This document shows, one piece after another, positions 10,572-17,368 of a stretch of 19,824 bases of DNA. The position numbers and the translations under genes are program-made. This DNA comes from Candidatus Thorarchaeota archaeon. GTDB taxonomy: Archaea; Asgardarchaeota; Thorarchaeia; Thorarchaeales; Thorarchaeaceae. The stretch is from contig PRDI01000101.1 of the NCBI GenBank assembly GCA_003345595.1, forward strand, positions 1 to 19,824, in the 5' to 3' direction. Positions within the stretch are counted from its first letter, which is position 1, and every line of letters begins with the position of its first letter. The notes beneath the pieces are model-generated. The model was given only the letters and a program-made list of their open reading frames with translations. It was not told the DNA's origin and did no database searches.

Positions 10572-11855
10572 CTACTGGTCTTGATCGAAACCTGCCTCGG
10601 CGTTTTTTGTTTTCCAATAGGCACTATATTCGGGATCTAGGTCATCGATAATGGGGCTTCTGGCGACAAGATTCTCAAGCAGGCTTTCGTGTTTGCGAAT
10701 CAGAGCATCCATCTTCCGGACGTCAGTCGTCCGCGAATGCGAACGATATGCCTCTTGTTGAAGTGCTACAACCTCCGGGAATCTCATACCCTGTGGTCCA
10801 TACCTCACTGCAAGAGCACGATTGGCCTTCTCTCTTCGCCACCAGTACGACCTGTCTGAGTACTTGAATCCACCAACATCAAAGCCCGAATAGACATGCG
10901 GTTTCTCGAAGTCGAAGGGCCAGTAGACGCTAATACATGGGCTAGACGAACCAGTGAACCAGTGAGTGCATTCTCCTCCAATCTCCGATATTTGGCTGCC
11001 CGTGGTGGATGAACCACCATTCTGGTTGGAATGTTGGCACACTGGAGTAACGTCTTGCTTCCATGGAGTCCAACCATCTGGATGGTTCCTGAGGATTGAG
11101 GCAATCTGAAAGAAGTCGATTTTTCCTTCCGTGTCGAGAAGCGATTTGGTGGAGCAGTTGAGTCTGTCATCGCAGTGAGTGATGAAGCGGAGGGTTTCGT
11201 TCCCATATGCTGTTGCGAAATCGAATTCCTCCTTGCTCTGACAGAAACCGCTGGCTATGGCATGTTCAATGAGGTCACCTGAGGCAAGGTCCCAATCCGA
11301 ATGGATAGTGTACCCATTGGATATGGCACGCACTGTCTTCACTCTCTGTGCAACCCAGCGTCTGTCTGAGGTTTCAAGCACCCAAGCCTCGTTCTTGTCT
11401 GCTATCAGAAAGCTGTTGTGGTACTTGTTCACGCCTCCCAGCTCACAGACTCCTCCTTGACCGTGCTCCTCCAAGAGCGACACGATTACGTCAAGGGCTC
11501 TTCGGGCAGTATACCCGCGCTCTAATGCGAGTCGGAGCAGGTCCATTCCGAGAAGGCCGGTTTCTGGCACCTGTTCGTTCGAGTACACTGCCTCATTGCC
11601 GATAGCTACGCCATGCTCATTGGCACCCATCTCTCCACCCCACAGCCAGCTAGGCGATGATAGGAATACGGCATATGTCACCCTTTCTTGTGGAATAGAG
11701 ACGTATGTGCACTTCAGCATGTCGGCTTTGTCATAGTCTTTCCTAGGAAAGTACCTCACAAGCTGAGCCTCATTCGGAGGCCTGTCGCTGTTCTTTCCGA
11801 ACAGGGTTCTTCCGTCGGTCGTTGAATTGCCCAGTGCAACAAGTGTGTCACACAA
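10572..11855 (-). CDS. Secernin-like peptidase C69 family Ntn-hydrolase
   Basis: TTG start gives (M)CDTLVA...LFGKNSDRP.NEAQ with an N-terminal nucleophile Cys. Further motifs are W.WGGEMGANEHGVAIGNEAV, LLGMDLLRLALER, GQGG and YHNSFLIAD..EAWVLET. Confidence 0.92.
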   Translation of the reverse strand: MCDTLVALGNSTTDGRTLFGKNSDRPPNEAQLVRYFPRKDYDKADMLKCTYVSIPQERVTYAVFLSSPSWLWGGEMGANEHGVAIGNEAVYSNEQVPETGLLGMDLLRLALERGYTARRALDVIVSLLEEHGQGGVCELGGVNKYHNSFLIADKNEAWVLETSDRRWVAQRVKTVRAISNGYTIHSDWDLASGDLIEHAIASGFCQSKEEFDFATAYGNETLRFITHCDDRLNCSTKSLLDTEGKIDFFQIASILRNHPDGWTPWKQDVTPVCQHSNQNGGSSTTGSQISEIGGECTHWFTGSSSPCISVYWPFDFEKPHVYSGFDVGGFKYSDRSYWWRREKANRALAVRYGPQGMRFPEVVALQQEAYRSHSRTTDVRKMDALIRKHESLLENLVARSPIIDDLDPEYSAYWKTKNAEAGFDQDQ

Positions 11856-11897
11856 ATGACGTCACTCCATGAGAGCTAGCGGCTAACCTTCGCAATA

Positions 11898-12650
11898 CTA
11901 GCTCTTGTTGCCGTACTCGCGAAGCCACTCATCCTCGAAGTCTACTTCCATGTCGGCAGCTTCAGCCAGTTCTTCTCCAGTCATGCCATCGATGAGCATC
12001 TTTGTCCTGAGCATGATGTACCTGTCCTTCTTCATGAGACCGGCCACAAACTCCATAGTCTTGGGCATCAATTCTGCAGAGGGGAACACCCTGTTGGCTA
12101 ATCCTATCTCAAGTGCCTCATCAGCAGAAACGAGGCGAGAAGTGAGCAGTAGGTCTTTCGTTCGGCTAGAACCAACGAGATGAATCAGGTTTGACGCAGC
12201 TCCTGCGCCAGGGAATATGGCCAACTCCACTTCAGGAAACCGAAAACCGGCTGTGTCAGAGCAGAGCCGAAAGTCACAGGCTGAGGCAACCATCGCTCCA
12301 AAGCCAACAGCGTACCCATTCACGGCTGCAATAGTGAAGCAGCTCTTGGCCTGCCTTATCAAGCGAATAGTCTTCTCAAGCAGCTTGAAGAAATCGTGGC
12401 GATCTTGACCCTTCACACCTCTTACCATATCAAGGTCAAACCCTGCCGAGAAAGCCTTCTCGCCCTCACCAGTGATGACGATCGCCATGATGGCTGGATC
12501 ATTAGTCAGGTGTCCAACTTGTTCACTGAACGATTCGAACATGCGTCTAGTTACAGAATTGAGCTTGTCCGGTCTCGAAATCGTAATCGTCGCAACAGGT
12601 TCGGTTCTTTCCACTTTGATTTCTCCGAGTGGGGAGACATCTTTCCTCAT
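11898..12650 (-). CDS. Enoyl-CoA hydratase/isomerase (crotonase) family protein
   Basis: Motifs ITISRPDKLNS, AFSAGFDL, IAAVNGYAVG.G, ACDFR, FPEV.LAIFPG.G and VSADEAL.IGL. ATG 12650 (MRKDVSP) avoids overlap with iscU. Confidence 0.9.
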   Translation of the reverse strand: MRKDVSPLGEIKVERTEPVATITISRPDKLNSVTRRMFESFSEQVGHLTNDPAIMAIVITGEGEKAFSAGFDLDMVRGVKGQDRHDFFKLLEKTIRLIRQAKSCFTIAAVNGYAVGFGAMVASACDFRLCSDTAGFRFPEVELAIFPGAGAASNLIHLVGSSRTKDLLLTSRLVSADEALEIGLANRVFPSAELMPKTMEFVAGLMKKDRYIMLRTKMLIDGMTGEELAEAADMEVDFEDEWLREYGNKS

Positions 12651-12705
12651 GATGTCACGTCCTGCGTGCCGCGAGTGTTGTTGATGAAAAGCAGCTAATA
12701 AACTT

Positions 12706-13134
12706 TCAAGGCTCTTGAGCGTTTGCCGGCTTATCTCCCTTGGCCCTGCGTTCATAGTCTTCGATAGCTTTCTGCAGCGCTTCAGCTGCTAAGTTACTGC
12801 AGTGCATCTTATGTGGAGGAAGACCGTCGAGCGCGTCAGCCACCATCTTCCTAGTTATCGTCTTGGCTTCTTCAATTGTCTTTCCCATTGCCATTTGAGT
12901 GGTCATTGAAGAGGTGGCAATAGCAGCGACACAACCGAATGTTTCCACTTTGATGTCTTCGATGATGCCGTTTTTGACCTTGATGAAGAGCCTCAGCATG
13001 TCTCCGCAAACAGGGTTTCCAACTGTCCCAACGCCGTCTGGATTCTCTATCCTACCCATATTCTGCGGCTTTCTGAACTGCTCAATCACCTTGTCCGTAT
13101 ACGTGTGGAATTCCTCCGATGAACCCCGATTCAC
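12706..13134 (-). CDS. iscU: Fe-S cluster assembly scaffold IscU/NifU-N
   Basis: YTDKVIEQF..P.N.G, GNPVCGD, FGC.AAIA.SS and LPPHKMHCSNLA. All three Cys, the Asp and the His are present. Confidence 0.95.
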   Translation of the reverse strand: MNRGSSEEFHTYTDKVIEQFRKPQNMGRIENPDGVGTVGNPVCGDMLRLFIKVKNGIIEDIKVETFGCVAAIATSSMTTQMAMGKTIEEAKTITRKMVADALDGLPPHKMHCSNLAAEALQKAIEDYERRAKGDKPANAQEP

Positions 13135-13190
13135 ACTCTGTATAACGATTGCTGAAGGGGCGCACTTTCTCCTTTCTCTGTGATGCTTGT

Positions 13191-14405
13191 CTACACCTCG
13201 TCCAGTTTCTCATCCTGATGCTCGTCTTCACTATTGCTTTCATATGCGAAGTACTCCCCTCTTCGGAGTGGACTAAACTCTCTAAGACGTTCCACTGTAG
13301 GGACGAGAGCTTGCACAAAAGCGTCAATCTCCTGTTTCGTGTTGAATCGAGAGAGAGAAACCCTGACTGATCCATGCGATATCTCCGGCGGAAGTCCTAT
13401 TGCTTTCAGCACGTGACTGCCTTGCAGAGTTTTCGATGAGCATGCCGATCCAGTCGATACTGCAAATCCTTCCATGTCAAGCTGGACCAGCATTGATTCA
13501 CCCTCGATCTGTTCGACAATCATGCTGTAGAGGTTAGGCAGCCGCTTCACAGGATGGCCTGTACTTCTAAGTTCTGTGAGTTGTCCTGCTAGCTTCTGCT
13601 CAAGATACTTCCTCAGAGCTAGGAGCTGTGCGGGCTCGTTTCCACCCCAGACCTCAACAGCCTTTCCGAAGCCTACTGCAGCCGGTATATCCGGCACACC
13701 GGGTCTGAGCCTCCGCTCCTCATCTCCGCCCTCCATGATCCTTTGGAGCCTCGTACCTTTCCTTATGTAGAGCGCACCTATGCCCTTCGGTCCGTGGATA
13801 TGATGGGCATCAAAGGTGATCATGTCAAGAGGCGTGGTCTTTGTGTCGATTGGTATCTTCAGGTAGCTCTGTGTGGCATCGGTGTGGAATAAGATGCCGC
13901 GTTGCGATGTTATCTTGGCAATCTCCTCGATGGGCTGAACGGTTCCTATCTCTCCGTTTGCATGCTGGATCGAGACCAGAATTGTGTCGCTCCTGATCCT
14001 CTTTGTGAGCTGAGCTATATCGACGAGACCGTACTGATCCACATCGAGCACGTCAACATCAAACCCCTCCTTCTCAAGTGCTTTGCACGTCTGAAGCACA
14101 GACATGACCTCTGTGGCGCATGTGATGACGTGCTTGCCCTTGTCAGAGTTGGCAAGAGCAGCACCTCTTATGGCCAGATTATTTGATTCAGTCTGGCCCG
14201 ATGTGAAGACGATAGTTAATGGTTCAGTATTAATGGACTGTGCCAAGATCTTCCTCGCGTTTTCAAGGCCTCTCATGGCAGTGACATCGCGGGAGTGACC
14301 CAGTTCCATTCCTGCGGTTCCGTAGTGCTCTCGCAGATATGGAAGCATGGCCTCTATGACCCTATCATCCACTCTTGTGGAGTTTGCATTATCAAGGTAG
14401 GCCAT
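13191..14405 (-). CDS. iscS: IscS/NifS-like type I cysteine desulfurase homolog lacking the PLP-binding Lys (probably desulfurase-inactive)
   Basis: Class V PLP fold motifs YLDN, FTSGQTESNN, EIGTVQP, FHTDATQ, HGPKGIGAL, STGSACSS and GSVRVSL. The canonical HK(I/F)xGPKG reads HHIHGPKG. ATG 14405 (MAYLDN) lies one nt after the regulator stop. Confidence 0.9.
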   Translation of the reverse strand: MAYLDNANSTRVDDRVIEAMLPYLREHYGTAGMELGHSRDVTAMRGLENARKILAQSINTEPLTIVFTSGQTESNNLAIRGAALANSDKGKHVITCATEVMSVLQTCKALEKEGFDVDVLDVDQYGLVDIAQLTKRIRSDTILVSIQHANGEIGTVQPIEEIAKITSQRGILFHTDATQSYLKIPIDTKTTPLDMITFDAHHIHGPKGIGALYIRKGTRLQRIMEGGDEERRLRPGVPDIPAAVGFGKAVEVWGGNEPAQLLALRKYLEQKLAGQLTELRSTGHPVKRLPNLYSMIVEQIEGESMLVQLDMEGFAVSTGSACSSKTLQGSHVLKAIGLPPEISHGSVRVSLSRFNTKQEIDAFVQALVPTVERLREFSPLRRGEYFAYESNSEDEHQDEKLDEV

Positions 14406-14406
14406 G

Positions 14407-14880
14407 TCATCGCCCGCCGTCCTTGCAGGCCCTGCATTCCTCCTCGACCTCGCCGCATCGCTCCTTATGGACGTCACACATGATTCCAGCGTCCCTAAGA
14501 CTCCTGATCAGTCTGTTGATCTCTTTCGTCATTATTTGGTAGATGTGCGCGTCGGTTTCTTTCTGGCTCCATGCTTTGAGTACAACGTCGACTGACTTCT
14601 CAATCTCGTGAAGGAAGGACTCTGGGATTTCTATCACGTCTCCACGGGCTCTCTTCTTCTTCTGTACTGTGTGGCCCTTCTTCTTCTTGTACTGTGTGAC
14701 AGCCGGCTCTGTGACGCCCAATATTCCAGCTATGTCCTTCTGCGGAACCTTCCTCTCGATCATAATGCGGGCCATCTCTCTGCGCAGAGACGGCAGTACG
14801 TACCAGACCTCGAGTTCCTGCGGCATCAGCCAAGTCCTTCGTTTCACCTGTTTCTTGTGTTGCTTCTCCGTTTCCGACAT
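14407..14880 (-). CDS. Archaeal XRE-type HTH transcriptional regulator (COG2522-like) with a Cys/His-rich C-terminus
   Basis: P.E..V.YVLPSLRR.MAR, HTH QKDIAGILGVTEPAVTQY and C-terminal C-x2-H-x3-C-x6-C-x2-C. Confidence 0.85.
   Translation of the reverse strand: MSETEKQHKKQVKRRTWLMPQELEVWYVLPSLRREMARIMIERKVPQKDIAGILGVTEPAVTQYKKKKGHTVQKKKRARGDVIEIPESFLHEIEKSVDVVLKAWSQKETDAHIYQIMTKEINRLIRSLRDAGIMCDVHKERCGEVEEECRACKDGGR
14653..14698 (-). repeat. Imperfect tandem duplication inside the regulator gene
   Basis: CTTCTTCTTC-TGTACTGTGTG (14653-14673) and CTTCTTCTTCTTGTACTGTGTG (14677-14698) are identical except for one indel. Confidence 0.85.
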
Positions 14881-14907
14881 GGATATTCACTCGAAGGAAT
14901 GTTCAGT

Positions 14908-14937
14908 TTACAATTGTGAAGACAATTGACTAATAAG
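14908..14937 (-). promoter_or_regulatory. TATA-like box and candidate operator CAATTG-N6-CAATTG upstream of regulator-iscS-iscU
   Basis: The minus strand reads CTTATTA-gt-CAATTG-tcttca-CAATTG-taaa. The palindromic hexamers at 14923-14928 and 14911-14916 lie between the TATA-like box and the expected transcription start. Confidence 0.55.
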
Positions 14938-15039
14938 GGTTGTCTTTCGGTGTCATTCGTAGGAACACTGACTGTCTTAGGTCAAAGGTTAAATCGGGTG
15001 TGTCACCGAGATGCCGTAGTTTCCTTCGGAGGAAGTCTG

Positions 15040-15435
15040 TTGTCAGTCTTTCAAGGTATTGAGCATGTCGGGCTTGTCTGCAAGGACACCACTGGCATGG
15101 CGAAGTGGTATGCCGAAGTCTTTGGATTGAAGGAAGTGTACAACAATAGAAAGACACCGCCGACTCTCTTCTATAAAGCTCCCAATGGAATGATGATTGA
15201 GTTCGTGCCCACTGGCGGCAAGGCCTCTCTTCCCTTTGATGAAAAGGACGAGGGTTGGCGACACATAGCAGTCAAGGTAGTCAACATTCAGTCTGCTATG
15301 GCCAAGCTAGACGAACGACATGTAGAATGGATTGGCGATCTCAAGGAGAGCCCACAGACTGGAGTGAAGGCACGATTCTTCAGAGACCCCGAAGGCAACA
15401 TCTTGCACATCATAGAAAGGTCCAGCCCGCTCTGA
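15040..15435 (+). CDS. VOC (glyoxalase/bleomycin resistance/dioxygenase) family protein
   Basis: GGAGG at 15028-15032 precedes TTG 15040. Motifs IEHVGL, WY.EVFG, MIEF, GWRHIA.KV.NI and FFRDPEGN. Confidence 0.9.
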   Translation: MSVFQGIEHVGLVCKDTTGMAKWYAEVFGLKEVYNNRKTPPTLFYKAPNGMMIEFVPTGGKASLPFDEKDEGWRHIAVKVVNIQSAMAKLDERHVEWIGDLKESPQTGVKARFFRDPEGNILHIIERSSPL

Positions 15436-15482
15436 CCTGCAGACCTTCTTCCCTCCGCGGTGTTCCCCACGAACGTCCCGTC

Positions 15483-16220
15483 TCACAAATCGTCAAGAAT
15501 AGCAGCGGACGTAGAGAATGCAATGTCGTGGCCGGGGATGATTGTTCTGGGGTTGAGTGACCTGATTCTCTCGAGGCTAGACAGGTAGGCTTGTTTGTCT
15601 TCAGCCGAACCCGGGCTTTTGCGTTTCCGATACTCATCTGCTGAGCTTACAGCGTCGCCCGCTATGACGGTGGACCCGGTCGGCGTTCTCACAACTACGC
15701 TGATACTCCCAGCTGTGTGACCGGGCGTAGTTACTATGCTCACATCCTCGGACACCTTGGTGTCGCCTGATATCGGCTGAATCTTCAATGTCTTGACGCA
15801 GGCTTCGAAGAATTCTGGCCACGAATGTAACAGGTCCGATGATTGGAGTTCCTTTTCATGAACCATGAGTTTCTTTCCTCGGAATAGGAAGTTGCTACCA
15901 GCATGATTTGCATGAAGATGTGTGTTTACGACAAGGTCGATGTCAGACGGTGTCAACTTCAGTTCCTTCAGTCTCTCGTTTAGCACTTGCTGTAAACCGA
16001 CCTCGGGAGCTCCTGGGTCAACGATTATTCTGTCTTCGCCCTCAATTAGTACAGTGTTGCAGGAACCCACCTTCAACCAAGAAGATCCGAATGATCTGTC
16101 AAGCAGACGATCAAGGTCATAGCTTGTCATTGCTGAATGCTCTCGAACAAGCACGGGATGACCACCCTTCAACCCATAGAATGTCGCAAACTCGTGTATG
16201 AGAATCCTGATTCGTGTCAA
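15483..16220 (-). CDS. Metallo-beta-lactamase fold hydrolase (HxHxNH variant)
   Basis: Motifs NTVLI, IIVDPG, VNTHLHANHAG, TPGHT.GS, AGDA and IPGHD. AAGGAG lies upstream of the TTG start. Confidence 0.88.
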   Translation of the reverse strand: MTRIRILIHEFATFYGLKGGHPVLVREHSAMTSYDLDRLLDRSFGSSWLKVGSCNTVLIEGEDRIIVDPGAPEVGLQQVLNERLKELKLTPSDIDLVVNTHLHANHAGSNFLFRGKKLMVHEKELQSSDLLHSWPEFFEACVKTLKIQPISGDTKVSEDVSIVTTPGHTAGSISVVVRTPTGSTVIAGDAVSSADEYRKRKSPGSAEDKQAYLSSLERIRSLNPRTIIPGHDIAFSTSAAILDDL

Positions 16221-16368
16221 GACTCATTCTCCTTAGAGGATATGCTCACAAATCGCATGCTCACATGCCGCCGTTCTGCATGAAGAAGAGCAAGTTCATC
16301 GGTTACCACTGCAATCGGCAACAGATAAATGCCCGGATGAGCGGTTGGTCCTTCAAGGTGGCGTAAGC

Positions 16369-17364
16369 ATGAAGGTCTTAGTCACGGGTGCAACTGGGTT
16401 TATTGGGCACAAGTTTGCTGAGCGTTTGGCGAGTGAGGGACACGAAGTTTTTGCCCTCGTTCGCAAGACTAGTGACAAAACGCGTATACCCGACGGTGTG
16501 CAGATCAGGGAAGGCGACATGCTGGACGAGCCGAGCCTGAAGGAGGCCGTCAAGGGGGTGCAGGCAGTAGTACACTTCGCTGCCTACTTTGACTTCTACC
16601 CCCGCGACAAGGGTTTGCTTTACAGGGTGAATATCGATGGCACACGGATGCTTGCAAACGCCTGCGTCGGCAAATCGGTCGAGAGGTTCATCTACTGCTC
16701 GAGTACAGAGGCCATCGGACCCGTTGCTCATCCACCGGCCAATGAAGAAAGTGAGCTCAGGCCGTCGTTTGATTACGGGCATGTGAAGGATCTTGCCGAG
16801 CAGGTCGTCAGACAGGTTACCAAAGACACAGGACTGCCACACATAATCTTGCGGCCCACGGGAGTTATGGGAGAAGGCGACTTCTATACTGCATACGAGG
16901 TCATTAAGGCCTTGAACGAGCGGGAGATTCCTGTTCTCCCTGGGGACGGCGAAAAGAGCATAATGTATACATACGTCGATGATGTCGTGGATGGCTTCGT
17001 GAAGGCGCTCACTTCGGGAAACGCACTGAACAACACAATAATACTCTGTCCCGATGTGGGCATCAAATACAAGGACTTGATAGAATTCTTCTGCACATGT
17101 CTTGGAGTAAAGCCTCCAAAGAGAAGAGTACCTACGACTCTCGCCATGCTGGGTATCGGCTTGCTCAGTCCAATGAAGAACCGAAAGAAGAACACATTCC
17201 TCTGGCACATGAAGACGGTTCGGAGCATGGATGAAGAACGCACGTACTCCAACGAGAAGGCAAAGCAACTGCTAGGTTGGACTCCCAAATACACGATGCA
17301 AGAAGGCATCAAGAGAGTCATAGACTGGTACTTCGCAAACGGACACCTTCAGAGGAAGGGATAG
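16369..17364 (+). CDS. NAD(P)-dependent epimerase/dehydratase (extended SDR; DFR/3beta-HSD-like)
   Basis: VLVTGATGFIG Rossmann motif, ALVR (NADP-type), GD, V.HFAA, VN.DGT, CSST, catalytic YGHVK, ILRP, YVDDV and KAK.LLGW.P. Confidence 0.92.
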   Translation: MKVLVTGATGFIGHKFAERLASEGHEVFALVRKTSDKTRIPDGVQIREGDMLDEPSLKEAVKGVQAVVHFAAYFDFYPRDKGLLYRVNIDGTRMLANACVGKSVERFIYCSSTEAIGPVAHPPANEESELRPSFDYGHVKDLAEQVVRQVTKDTGLPHIILRPTGVMGEGDFYTAYEVIKALNEREIPVLPGDGEKSIMYTYVDDVVDGFVKALTSGNALNNTIILCPDVGIKYKDLIEFFCTCLGVKPPKRRVPTTLAMLGIGLLSPMKNRKKNTFLWHMKTVRSMDEERTYSNEKAKQLLGWTPKYTMQEGIKRVIDWYFANGHLQRKG

Positions 17365-17368
17365 AGCC

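Noticed and set aside
14406-14477. Extended IscS N-terminus from the ORF track (start 14477)
   Set aside because: It overlaps the regulator's Cys-rich tail. Homology begins at MAYLDN (14405).
16378-17268. 296-aa antisense ORF
   Set aside because: It lies wholly opposite the well-supported SDR gene and has no recognisable motifs.
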